Below are positions 8,271 to 17,202 of a stretch of 64,000 bases of DNA, one piece after another. The notes below the pieces were generated by a model. That model was not told the origin of the DNA, did no database searches, and was given only the letters and a program-made list of their open reading frames with translations. The stretch is from the NCBI GenBank assembly GCA_049511615.1, contig JBEKXW010000002.1, forward strand, positions 72,499 to 136,498, written 5' to 3'. The position numbers and the translations under genes are program-made. This stretch comes from Candidatus Dormibacteria bacterium (lineage in GTDB: Bacteria > Chloroflexota > Dormibacteria > Aeolococcales > Aeolococcaceae). How positions within the stretch are numbered: the stretch's first letter is position 1; every line of letters starts with the position of its first letter.

Positions 8271-9668
8271 ATGACCCTGCGCCGCGCCCTGACCGTGGCG
8301 GAGCTGACCGCGGTCATCCGCGGGGTGATCTCGAGCAGCCCGGACCTGGAGGACGTCCTGGTGGAGGGCGAGATCAGCAACCTCTCGCTGCCGGCGTCCG
8401 GGCACCTCTACTTCACGCTCAAGGACCCCAACGCCTCGCTGAGCTGCGTGATCTGGCGGTCGCAGCGGGCCGAGATCCCGTTCCGGCCCGAGAACGGGAT
8501 GACGGTGATCGTCCACGGCCGGATCGAGGTCTACGACGCCCAGGGACGCTACCAGCTCTATGCCGACCGGCTGGAGCCCTCCGGGGTGGGCGCCCTGGCG
8601 CTGGCGGTGGAGCAGCGGCGCCGCGCGCTCGCCGCCGAGGGGCTGTTCGACGAGGCCCGGAAGCGTCCCTTGCCGCTCCTGCCCCGGCGCGTGGTGGTGG
8701 TGACATCGCGCAGCGGCGCGGCGCTCCGCGACGTGCTGACCGTGGTGGGGCGGCGGGCCCCGGGCGTCGAGCTGGTCCTCTCGCCGGCGACGGTGCAGGG
8801 CGAGGGGGCGGTCGAGACCCTGGTCCTCGCCCTGGAGCGAGCCCAGTCGGTGCGGGGAGCCGAGGTGGTCCTGCTGGTCCGGGGCGGCGGCTCCCTGGAG
8901 GACCTGATGGCCTTCAACGACGAGCGTCTGGCCCGGGCCATCCGGGCCGGTCGTCTGCCGGTCGTCTCCGGCGTCGGCCACGAGACCGACACCACCATCG
9001 CCGATCTGGCGGCCGACCGCCGCGCGCCGACCCCGTCCGCCGCCGCCGAGCTGGTGGCCCCGGATTGTCGCCGGCTGGGCTCCGAGCTGGGGGCGCGGCG
9101 GGCCCGCCTCGAGGCCGCGGCGCGGCGCGAGCTCTCCGGCAAGCGAGCTTCGCTCGAGCGGCAGCGGCTGCGCCTGGACAACGTCTCCCCCCGGCGCCGG
9201 CTGCCCAGTCACCGTCAGGAGCTCGACCTGCGCGCCGAGCGGCTGCGGGCCGCCCTGCTGGCCGCCGTGACCGTGAAGCGGCGCCGGCTCGACGAAGCCG
9301 CCGCGCGCCTCCGGGTCGCCTCCCCCGGACAGCGGCTGGCCCTGGAGCGCCAGCGCCTCGCCGGACACACCCAGCGCCTGTCTCGTCTGGTGGAGCTGAC
9401 CCTGGCCGGTCGGCGGCAGCAGGTGAGCTCGCGGCGGGATCAGCTCGAGGCGCTCTCGCCGCTGGGGGTGCTGGAGCGCGGCTATTCGATCACCATGGAC
9501 GAGGTGAGCGGAACGGTGCTCACCGACCCGGCATCGGTTTCCGCCGGACAGCGGCTGCTCACCCGCCTGTCTCGAGGCCTGGTGGTCAGCACGGCCGGCC
9601 CCGGGGGGTCGACAGACCATGGCGAACGGATGTACGATAACGGCCACGACACTGCGGAGAGAGGATGA
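8271..9668 (+). CDS. xseA: Exodeoxyribonuclease VII large subunit
   Basis: VEGEISN, SGHLYFTLKD, RGGGSLEDLMAFNDE, SGVGHETD, APTPSAAAE. Confidence 0.96.
   Translation: MTLRRALTVAELTAVIRGVISSSPDLEDVLVEGEISNLSLPASGHLYFTLKDPNASLSCVIWRSQRAEIPFRPENGMTVIVHGRIEVYDAQGRYQLYADRLEPSGVGALALAVEQRRRALAAEGLFDEARKRPLPLLPRRVVVVTSRSGAALRDVLTVVGRRAPGVELVLSPATVQGEGAVETLVLALERAQSVRGAEVVLLVRGGGSLEDLMAFNDERLARAIRAGRLPVVSGVGHETDTTIADLAADRRAPTPSAAAELVAPDCRRLGSELGARRARLEAAARRELSGKRASLERQRLRLDNVSPRRRLPSHRQELDLRAERLRAALLAAVTVKRRRLDEAAARLRVASPGQRLALERQRLAGHTQRLSRLVELTLAGRRQQVSSRRDQLEALSPLGVLERGYSITMDEVSGTVLTDPASVSAGQRLLTRLSRGLVVSTAGPGGSTDHGERMYDNGHDTAERG
9609..9638 (+). promoter_or_regulatory. Putative internal promoter with overlapping LexA-like box ahead of xseB-tlyA-nadK-recN
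   Basis: TCGACA (9609-14), 18-nt spacer, TACGAT (9633-38); CGAACGGATGTACG (9623-36) overlaps the -10. Confidence 0.5.
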
Positions 9669-10045
9669 GAGGCGACGGCAGCGAGGCCCCCGGCGGGGTG
9701 AGGACGGAGGCCGGCGACATCGAGAGCCTGAGCTACGAGCGGGCGCTCGCTGAGCTCGACCAGATCATCGAGCGCCTGGAGCGGGGGGCGGTGGCCCTCG
9801 ACGAGGCCATCGCCGCCTACGAGCGGGGAGCCCGGCTGGCGCAGCATTGCGGCAGCCTGCTCGACCGCACCGAGCAGAAGATCAGCCAGCTGGTGGTCGG
9901 CGTCGGCGGCCGGTTCACGGAGAAGCCGCTGGAGCGGGAGCGCGAGAGCGCCGAGCTGCCCGCCGGCCCTCCGGGAGCGCCGCTGATCCCCATCCCGGCC
10001 CCGAGGGAGACGCTCGACATCGACCCCGACGAGATTCCCTTCTGA
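9665..10045 (+). CDS. xseB: Exodeoxyribonuclease VII small subunit
   Basis: LSYERALAELDQIIERLE.G...LDEAIAAYERG; directly follows xseA. Confidence 0.92.
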   Translation: MRGDGSEAPGGVRTEAGDIESLSYERALAELDQIIERLERGAVALDEAIAAYERGARLAQHCGSLLDRTEQKISQLVVGVGGRFTEKPLERERESAELPAGPPGAPLIPIPAPRETLDIDPDEIPF

Positions 10046-10179
10046 TGACGGTTCAGGTGGGCGGCAACCGGGCCGGTCAGATCGAGGAGCGGGGGCCCCA
10101 GGGGCCGGCGACCTCGCCGCCTGCGGGAGGGGAGCGCGCTCACGTGCGTGATCGCCCGAACGGAGAAGCTGACGCAGGG

Positions 10180-10947
10180 ATGGCGGGAAACGGTCGCCGC
10201 CGCCTCGACGTCGCCCTGGTGGAGAGGGGCATCGCCACCACGCGGGAGCGCGCCCAGGCGCTGGTGGCGGCGGGGATGGTCGAGGTCGACGGGCGCCGGG
10301 CGCGAAGCGCCGGGCAGCGGGTGGAGGAGGCCGCGGAGCTGCGCACCGTGGGCGACGGGAGCCCGTGGGCGAGCCGCGCCGGCGAGAAGCTGGTCGCCGC
10401 CCTCGATGCCTTCGGGGTCGACTGCCGCAACCGGGTCTGCCTCGACGCCGGAGCCTCGACGGGGGGGTTCACCGACGTGCTCCTCTCCCGAGGCGCGGCA
10501 CGGGTCTATGCCGTCGACGTCGGGCACGGTCAGCTGCTTTCCCGGCTGACCGCCGACCCCCGGGTGTCGGTGCTCGACCGGACCAATCTCCGGCACCTCC
10601 ACGAGGTGCCGGGGGAGGCACCCAGCCTGGTCACCCTCGACCTCTCGTTCATCTCCCTCCGCCTGGTGCTGCCGGCGGTGGCGCGGCTGGCCCCAGGAGC
10701 CGAGGTGGTCGCGCTCTTCAAGCCGCAGTTCGAGCTCGGACGGGAGGCGGTGCCCCGCGGCGGCGTCGTGCGCGACCTGGCGGCGGGGGAGGCGGGGGCG
10801 GTGACGTTCCTGGAATGGTGCGCCGGCGAGCTGGGGGCCTCGTCGCCGCGGGGGCCGATCCCGGCTCCGATCCGCGGCACCCGGGGCAACCAGGAGCTGC
10901 TGGTCAGCTTCCGTCTCCCGGCGGCGAAGCCGGAGGGGGCCCGGTGA
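10180..10947 (+). CDS. tlyA: TlyA family rRNA 2'-O-methyltransferase (S4 + FtsJ domains)
   Basis: RLDVALVERG, SRAGEKL, LDAGASTGGFTDVLL, VDVGHGQL, DLSFISL, KPQFE. An alternative in-frame ATG at 10045 overlaps the xseB stop. Confidence 0.93.
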   Translation: MAGNGRRRLDVALVERGIATTRERAQALVAAGMVEVDGRRARSAGQRVEEAAELRTVGDGSPWASRAGEKLVAALDAFGVDCRNRVCLDAGASTGGFTDVLLSRGAARVYAVDVGHGQLLSRLTADPRVSVLDRTNLRHLHEVPGEAPSLVTLDLSFISLRLVLPAVARLAPGAEVVALFKPQFELGREAVPRGGVVRDLAAGEAGAVTFLEWCAGELGASSPRGPIPAPIRGTRGNQELLVSFRLPAAKPEGAR

Positions 10948-11840
10948 TGCGCCGGCCGGCCATCGGCTTCCTGCTCCACCCCGGCGAGGGTGATGGCACC
11001 GTCGCCGCCGCGGCGGAGGTCGCGTCCCGGTGCGGCTACCGGACCTGGACCACCATGGTCCGCCCGCTCGAGGACGTCGCCGAGCACGCGGAGGGGACCG
11101 AGCTGCTGGTCACCGTCGGTGGCGACGGCACCTTCCTCTTCGGGGCGCGCCTGGCCGCGCCCCGGGACATCGCCGTCCTCGGCGTCAACCGGGGGCGTCT
11201 CGGCTTCCTCACCGACATAGAGCTCGAGGAGCTTCCGGCGGCGATCGAGGCCTTCGCCGCCGGCCGGACCCTGCGCCAGCGCCGGAGCATGCTCAGCGCC
11301 GAGATCGAGGGGAGCGAGGAGGGCGATGGCCGGGGGGAGCCGCGCGCCGTCCTCGCCCTCAACGACATCGCCATCCGCTCGCCGGAGGTCGCCCTGGTGC
11401 GCCTCCGGGTCGAGGCGGATCAGGAGCTTCTCGGCGAGTTCGACGCCGACGGGGTGGTGATCGCCACGGCCACCGGGTCGACCGGCTACGCCCTCAGCGC
11501 CGGGGGGCCCCCCATCGACCCCCGGGTGCGCGCGATCACGGTGGTCCCGCTGGCTCCTCACGCGGTCATCACCCGGCCGATCGTGCTCCCCGAGGTCACG
11601 GTGGTGGACGTGGCGGTCGAGCACGGCCGCGTCTTCGTGGCCGCCGACGGCCAGCACCAGGCCAGGCTCGGAGCGGGCGGAAGAGTTCGGGTCAGCCCCG
11701 GCCCCGAGCTCACCGTCATCCGCTGCGCGGGCTCCCCCTCGTTCCTGCGCCAGCTGCACGACAAGGTCCACTTCGGGCTGCCCCTCAAGCCCGTGGAACG
11801 CGAGGAGGCTGGTGCGCCCCGCCCGGACGGCGAGCCGTGA
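10947..11840 (+). CDS. nadK: NAD kinase
   Basis: GGDGT, GVNRGRLGFL, LND, DGVVIATATGSTGYALSAGGP. Confidence 0.95.
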   Translation: MRRPAIGFLLHPGEGDGTVAAAAEVASRCGYRTWTTMVRPLEDVAEHAEGTELLVTVGGDGTFLFGARLAAPRDIAVLGVNRGRLGFLTDIELEELPAAIEAFAAGRTLRQRRSMLSAEIEGSEEGDGRGEPRAVLALNDIAIRSPEVALVRLRVEADQELLGEFDADGVVIATATGSTGYALSAGGPPIDPRVRAITVVPLAPHAVITRPIVLPEVTVVDVAVEHGRVFVAADGQHQARLGAGGRVRVSPGPELTVIRCAGSPSFLRQLHDKVHFGLPLKPVEREEAGAPRPDGEP

Positions 11841-13549
11841 GCAGGCTCCTCGAGCTCAGCGTCCGCAATTTCGCCCTGGTCCGCGATGCGCGCCTCGACT
11901 GTGACCCGGGTTTCGGAGCCCTGAGCGGGGAGACCGGGGCCGGGAAGTCGCTCTGCATCGCGGCCGTGCGCTGGGCCCTCGGGGGCCGGGCCGAGGGCGA
12001 GGCGGTGGGGGAGGGCACCTCGGTCCGGGCCGTCTTCGAGCCGAGCCCCGAGAGCGCGGTCCTGCTGGCCGGCCTCGGCATCCCGACCGACGATTTGGTG
12101 ACCCTCACGCGCGACGCGGGCAGCTCGGGGCGCTCCACCTGCCGGGTCAACGGCGCCCTGGTCTCCCAGGCCACCCTGCGCGACCTGGGCGAGGGGCTGG
12201 CCGACGTCACCGCCCAGGGGGCCAGTCACCGGATGCTGCAGCGCAGCTGGCAGCGCCGCGCGCTCGACGACTCCGGAGGTGGCGCGGTCGCCGCCGCCCG
12301 CGGGGTCATGGCCGGCGCCCACCGCCGCTGGCGCAACGCCGAGAACGCGCTGGCCGCGGCCCGCGCGGCCAGCCGCAGGACGGCGGCGGAGCTGGCCGAG
12401 GCGGAGGCGATCATCGCCGAGCTGGAGCCGTTGCGACTTCGCGACGGTGAGGAGGACGATCTCGGCGCGGAGCGGCTCCGCCTCCGCCACGCCACCGGCA
12501 TCGCCCGGGCCGCCACCCTCGTCGGCGACGCCGCGAGCGGCGACGACGCCGGCGCCGCCGACATCCTGGAGCGGGCCCTCGTCGAGGTGGACGCGCTGGC
12601 CGGGGTCGACGCCGAGCTCGCTGATCTTGGATCGGAGGCAGCCTCCCTGACCGCGGCGCTCCGCGATCTCGGCATCTCCGCACGGCGCCTCGCCGACCGC
12701 GTGGAGGTCGACCCCGCCCGGCTGGAGGCGGTCGAGGAGCGGCTCGACGCCCTGTCCCGGGTCCGGCGCCGCCACGGCTCCATTCGCGCCGCGCTGTCGG
12801 CGCTGGACGGCGCGCGCCGGATCTGTGACGCCGCCCGGGGGAGCCTCGACGTGGCCACCCTGGAGGCCGAGGCGCGGAGCGCGCAGGCCGACGCCGCGGC
12901 CGCCGCCCGCCGGCTCAGCGCCGTCCGGCGCGACGCGGCCCGCTCCCTGGAGCGCGCCGTGGAACGTCATCTCGCCGTGCTGGAGCTCCCCGACGCCCGC
13001 TTCCGGGTGACCCTCAGCGTGGTTGCCGACGCCGACGGCGTCGATATCGGAGACGGCCCGGTGCGCTGCGACGCCGACGGGGCGGACCAGGCGGAGATGC
13101 GTCTCGCGGCCAATCGCGGGGGGGTCCCGCTGCCGCTCGACGAGGGCCCATCGGGTGGCGAGCTCAGCCGGCTGGCGCTGGCCCTGGCCGCCGCCGGGGG
13201 CGCGAGCGGCCAGCCGCTGCTGGTGCTCGACGAGGTGGACACCGGGGTGGGCGGCGAGACCGCGGCGCGGGTCGGGGATCTGCTCGCCCAGATCGGCCGG
13301 AACCGTCAGGTGCTGGCCGTGACCCACCGCCCCGAGATCGCCGCCCGGGCCGACTGGCATCTCCTGGTGTCTCGAACCGGCGGCGGCGCGTCGGTTGAGA
13401 GCGGCGTCCGGCGCGTCGAGGGGCAGGAGCGGGTGGACGAGGTCGCCCGGATGATGTCGGGACGGAGCACGGCCGCCGCGCTGGCCCGCGCGACCGAGCT
13501 GCTCCAGGAGGGCGGTGCCACCGGGGTCCGACGCCAGCAGGCCGGGTGA
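11837..13549 (+). CDS. recN: DNA repair protein RecN
   Basis: LLELSVRNFAL, SGETGAGKS, coiled coil, SGGELSR, LDEVDTGVGG, VTH.P. Confidence 0.94.
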   Translation: MSRLLELSVRNFALVRDARLDCDPGFGALSGETGAGKSLCIAAVRWALGGRAEGEAVGEGTSVRAVFEPSPESAVLLAGLGIPTDDLVTLTRDAGSSGRSTCRVNGALVSQATLRDLGEGLADVTAQGASHRMLQRSWQRRALDDSGGGAVAAARGVMAGAHRRWRNAENALAAARAASRRTAAELAEAEAIIAELEPLRLRDGEEDDLGAERLRLRHATGIARAATLVGDAASGDDAGAADILERALVEVDALAGVDAELADLGSEAASLTAALRDLGISARRLADRVEVDPARLEAVEERLDALSRVRRRHGSIRAALSALDGARRICDAARGSLDVATLEAEARSAQADAAAAARRLSAVRRDAARSLERAVERHLAVLELPDARFRVTLSVVADADGVDIGDGPVRCDADGADQAEMRLAANRGGVPLPLDEGPSGGELSRLALALAAAGGASGQPLLVLDEVDTGVGGETAARVGDLLAQIGRNRQVLAVTHRPEIAARADWHLLVSRTGGGASVESGVRRVEGQERVDEVARMMSGRSTAAALARATELLQEGGATGVRRQQAG

Positions 13550-13625
13550 CAGCGGACGGCGCACCGGCCCCGGCGATCGCAGCTGCCGGGGCGACCGGCA
13601 CGGCTACCTCGTACCATGGGCCGCC

Positions 13626-14363
13626 ATGAGCGAGAACGTGGCCGACGGCGCCTGCGGCACCTGGCCGCGGCGGTTCCCGGTCCACGTCGGGGAGTTCACC
13701 GGCTCCCTGGAGGAGCTGGTGCTGGCCGCACAGAGGGGTGACGTGGACCTGCGCGAGCTCCCGGTTGCCGAGGTCACCACCCAGGTGAGCCGGCAGCTCA
13801 GCGGGACCGCGCTGGAGGGCGACCTTCGGGACGCCGCCGAGGCCCTCGGCTTGCTCGCCCGGCTGCTGTCCCTGAAGGCGGCGCGGGTCACCGAGACCGA
13901 CGTGGAGCCCGAGGAGGAGCCCGTGCTCGAGTCCGAGGAGGGTCGGCGTCTCGCCGAGTACCGCCTCTTCCGGGCGGCCATGGAGGCGCTCCTTCTGGAG
14001 CCCGCCGAGACCGGTGAGCGCAGCTTCCTCGGCCTGGTCGCTCCCGAGGTCCTGCCCCTGGAGCGGCTGCGCATCCCCCCCGACCGGCTCGCCGCCGCCT
14101 TCCGCCAGGTGCTCGAGCGTCTCCAGGAGGCGGCTCCGCTCCCCGTCGGGATGGTGACGTTCTCCGTCGAGGAGAAGGGCGCCTGGCTCCTCGAGCTGCT
14201 CGGTCGCGGTCCGATCGACTTCGAGGCGATCTTCGCGGAGGTGACCAGCCGGCTGGAGGCGGTCGCCTGCTTCCTGGCCCTCCTCGAGCTGCTCAAGCGC
14301 GGTCAGGCGGAGGTCGACCAGCCTGAGCCCTTCGGCCCGATCCGGGTGCGCAAGAGTGACTGA
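13626..14363 (+). CDS. scpA: Segregation and condensation protein A (kleisin)
   Basis: F.GSLEELV, C-terminal 'FLALLELLK.G...V.Q.EPFGPI'; adjacent to scpB. Confidence 0.85.
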   Translation: MSENVADGACGTWPRRFPVHVGEFTGSLEELVLAAQRGDVDLRELPVAEVTTQVSRQLSGTALEGDLRDAAEALGLLARLLSLKAARVTETDVEPEEEPVLESEEGRRLAEYRLFRAAMEALLLEPAETGERSFLGLVAPEVLPLERLRIPPDRLAAAFRQVLERLQEAAPLPVGMVTFSVEEKGAWLLELLGRGPIDFEAIFAEVTSRLEAVACFLALLELLKRGQAEVDQPEPFGPIRVRKSD

Positions 14364-15084
14364 GGACGGACCGCCGCTGATCGCCTGGTCCGGCGGCGAG
14401 GACCGGGGCGAGGATCAGGGGGAGGAGGGCGTCCTGCTGGAGCTCGACCAGATCGGCCGGCCGCGCGTGCCGGACTGGGTGGCGGGCAGCGAGCCGGAGG
14501 ACCTGGCCCTGGCCCTCGAGTCCGTCTGCTTCGTGCTCAATCGCCCGGTCACGCTCACGGAGCTGGCGGGTATCCTGGGGCAGAACCCTCAGTCCGTCCA
14601 GCGCGCCGCGGAGGCGCTCGCCGGCCAGCTCGGGGGCCGTGGCCTGATGCTCCAGCGCCACCGCGACCAGGTCCAGCTGGTCACCCGGCCGCAGACGGCG
14701 TGGGCGGTCCAGCGGGCTCTCAATCCTGAGCGTCCCGCCCGGCTCAGCCGCCCGGCGCTCGAGACCCTGGCCATCGTGGCGTACCGCCAGCCGGTCACGC
14801 GCGCGCTGATCGAATCGATCCGGGGGGTCAACTGCGAGGCGGTGCTCGAGAGCCTGGAGCGGAGAGGACTGATCGCCGAGATCGGGCGGGCCGGGACCCC
14901 CGGACAGCCCCGGCTCTTCGGCACCACCCTCCGGTTCCTGCAGCTCGTCGGGCTGGAGCGGGTGGATCAGCTGCCGCCCCTTCCCGGTGACATCGGACTC
15001 CCGGAGGAGCAGGAGCGAGCCTGGTCCGCCGCCCTGGCCGGTCCCGGTGGAGACGAGCCCGCCGGGCCGGGCGCGGGCGGATGA
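14356..15084 (+). CDS. scpB: Segregation and condensation protein B
   Basis: LSRPALETLAIVAYRQPVTR..IESIRGV, PGQPRLFGTT..FL. Confidence 0.93.
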   Translation: MTEDGPPLIAWSGGEDRGEDQGEEGVLLELDQIGRPRVPDWVAGSEPEDLALALESVCFVLNRPVTLTELAGILGQNPQSVQRAAEALAGQLGGRGLMLQRHRDQVQLVTRPQTAWAVQRALNPERPARLSRPALETLAIVAYRQPVTRALIESIRGVNCEAVLESLERRGLIAEIGRAGTPGQPRLFGTTLRFLQLVGLERVDQLPPLPGDIGLPEEQERAWSAALAGPGGDEPAGPGAGG

Positions 15085-15815
15085 CGGCCACCCGGGAGCG
15101 GCTCAACCGCTACCTGGCTCGCCGCGGGGTGGTATCCCGCCGGGGCGCCGACACCCTGATCGACGCTGGACGGGTCACCGTGAACGGCGCGCATGCGGCC
15201 CTCGGAACCAGCGTGAACCCCGAGCGCGATCGGGTCGCGGTCGACGGCCGGCCGGTGGCCGCGGAGCGCCGGTCGGAGACCCTGATGCTGAACAAGCCGG
15301 CCGGCGTGGTCACCACCGTCCGCGACCCCCACCGGAGGCCGACCGTCATGGGTCTGGTCGCGGAGCCGGTGCCGGGGCTGGTGCCGGTCGGCCGGCTCGA
15401 CGCCGACAGCCGGGGCCTGCTCCTGCTCAGCTCGGACGGCAGCCTGGCTCACCGCCTCACCCACCCGCGCTACGGGGTCGTCAAACGCTACCGGCTGGTC
15501 CTGGGGCGCGCCCTGACCACCGCAGATCTTCGCCGCCTCCAGGAGGGGGTGGAGCTGGAGGACGGCCTGGCCCGGCCGCTCACGGTCCGCCGCGCCGGCA
15601 CCCGCCGGGATGACGTCATCGAGGTCACCCTGGCGGAGGGGCGCAAGCGCGAGCTCCGGCGCCTCTGTGCCGCCATCGACGCTCCCGTCCTCGACCTGGT
15701 CAGGACCGGCCTCGGCCCGCTGCGGCTGGGACAGCTCGAGGAGGGCCGGGCCCGGCCGCTGACCCGGCGCGAGCTGGAGGCGCTCTACGCGGTCGTCGGG
15801 ATGACCCCACCGTGA
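15081..15815 (+). CDS. rluB: rRNA pseudouridine synthase (RluB/RsuA family)
   Basis: S4 domain (RLNRYLA..GV.SRR), VGRLD, LTHP.Y...K.Y, EGRKRELRR. Confidence 0.9.
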   Translation: MTATRERLNRYLARRGVVSRRGADTLIDAGRVTVNGAHAALGTSVNPERDRVAVDGRPVAAERRSETLMLNKPAGVVTTVRDPHRRPTVMGLVAEPVPGLVPVGRLDADSRGLLLLSSDGSLAHRLTHPRYGVVKRYRLVLGRALTTADLRRLQEGVELEDGLARPLTVRRAGTRRDDVIEVTLAEGRKRELRRLCAAIDAPVLDLVRTGLGPLRLGQLEEGRARPLTRRELEALYAVVGMTPP

Positions 15816-16495
15816 GCGCCGCGATCGTGACCGTCGACGGGCCGGCGGGGAGCGGCAAGACCACCCTGGGCCGCCGGCTCGCGCTCGAGCTCGGGCTGCC
15901 GTTCATCGACACCGGCCTCTTCTACCGCGCGGTCACGGTGGCCGTGGTCCGGGCCGGCCTGGGAGCCGGCGAGCGCGCCCACATCGTGCGGGTGGCCCAA
16001 GCCACCTCCATCGAGGTCAACACCACTCCGGGCGACCTCTCGTGGGAGGTGCGGGTGGACGGCGTCGACCCGGGGGCCGGTATCCGCGACCCCCACCAGG
16101 CCTCGCTGCTCACCACCATCAGCCAGCTCCCCGAGGTGCGCCACCACCTGCTCGCTCTGCAGCGGGCGCCCGCCGCCCACGGCGCGGTGGCGGTGGGACG
16201 GGACTGCGGCACGGTCGTCTTCCCCGAGGCCGCGGTGAAGCTCTACCTCCAGGCGACCGCGGCCCTGCGCGCGGCCCGGCGCGCCGCCCAGCTCGCGAGC
16301 CAGGGCACCGAGGTCGACTCCGAGGTCCTGGGCGCGGAGATCGTGGGCCGGGATCTCGGCGACGCGCCCGCGATGGCCGCCGCGCCCGACGCCGTGGTCA
16401 TCGACACCGGGAGCCGGGGGATCGAGGAGATGGTGCAGATGGCGCTGGCGGTCTGCGCCGCCGCCGGTCTCGGCACCCCGGGGCGGTCCCGGTGA
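15812..16495 (+). CDS. cmk: Cytidylate kinase
   Basis: VDGPAGSGKTT, DTGLFYRA, GRDCGTVVFPEA..KLYL.A. Confidence 0.94.
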   Translation: MSAAIVTVDGPAGSGKTTLGRRLALELGLPFIDTGLFYRAVTVAVVRAGLGAGERAHIVRVAQATSIEVNTTPGDLSWEVRVDGVDPGAGIRDPHQASLLTTISQLPEVRHHLLALQRAPAAHGAVAVGRDCGTVVFPEAAVKLYLQATAALRAARRAAQLASQGTEVDSEVLGAEIVGRDLGDAPAMAAAPDAVVIDTGSRGIEEMVQMALAVCAAAGLGTPGRSR

Positions 16496-17202
16496 CCCGA
16501 ATCCACACGTCGCCGTCGGGGCCCGACCTCAACTACCGCTGGATGACCACCGTGACACGGCTGATCTGCCGCACCGTCCTGGGCGACCAGATCGATGTCG
16601 CCGGAACCGGCAACGTCCCGCGCACCGGCGGCCTGCTGGTGGTGAGCAACCACGTCGGCACCGCCGATCCGCCCATCGAGGGCGCCTACCTGCCCCGCCG
16701 CGACCTCTACTTCATGGCCAAGAGCGACTACTTCCGCAACCCCGTCGCCCGGTGGTTCATCGTCGGCTACCACGCCTTCCCGGTGGTCCGGGGCACGCCC
16801 GACCGTGCCGCTCTCCGTCAGGCCCTCGGCCTGATCCGCCAGGGCCACGCCGTGCTGGTCTACCCGGAGGGCCACCGCAGCCCGGACGGGCTCCTCCAGC
16901 GTCCCCACCCGGGGGCCGGTTTCCTGGCCCGGGCGGCCGGGGTCCCGGTGCTCCCGGTGGGGATCTGGGGCAGCGAGAATGCGCTGCCGCTCGGCTCCCG
17001 GTGGCCGCGGCGGACGCCCGTCCACCTCCACGTCGGGCAGCCCGCCCCGCTTCCCGCAGCGGAGCCGGCGGGGCGCCGCGAAACCCACCAGGAGGTCGCC
17101 GACCTGCTGATGCAGCGGATCGCGGAGGTCCTTCCCAGCTCCCGGCGGGGCATCTTCGACGGCGTCACCGACTACCGGGCGGTGGCCCCGCCTCCGGCCT
17201 GA
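16492..17202 (+). CDS. plsC: 1-acyl-sn-glycerol-3-phosphate acyltransferase (PlsC family)
   Basis: SNHVGTAD (NHx4D), FMAKS, YPEGHRS; cmk-plsC synteny. Confidence 0.88.
   Translation: MTRIHTSPSGPDLNYRWMTTVTRLICRTVLGDQIDVAGTGNVPRTGGLLVVSNHVGTADPPIEGAYLPRRDLYFMAKSDYFRNPVARWFIVGYHAFPVVRGTPDRAALRQALGLIRQGHAVLVYPEGHRSPDGLLQRPHPGAGFLARAAGVPVLPVGIWGSENALPLGSRWPRRTPVHLHVGQPAPLPAAEPAGRRETHQEVADLLMQRIAEVLPSSRRGIFDGVTDYRAVAPPPA

Noticed and set aside
10046-10179. OLE RNA, which in Firmicutes lies in the xseB-ispA-dxs-tlyA-nadK-recN region
   Set aside because: The gap is only about 135 nt (OLE is about 600 nt), and no ispA, dxs or oapA gene is present.
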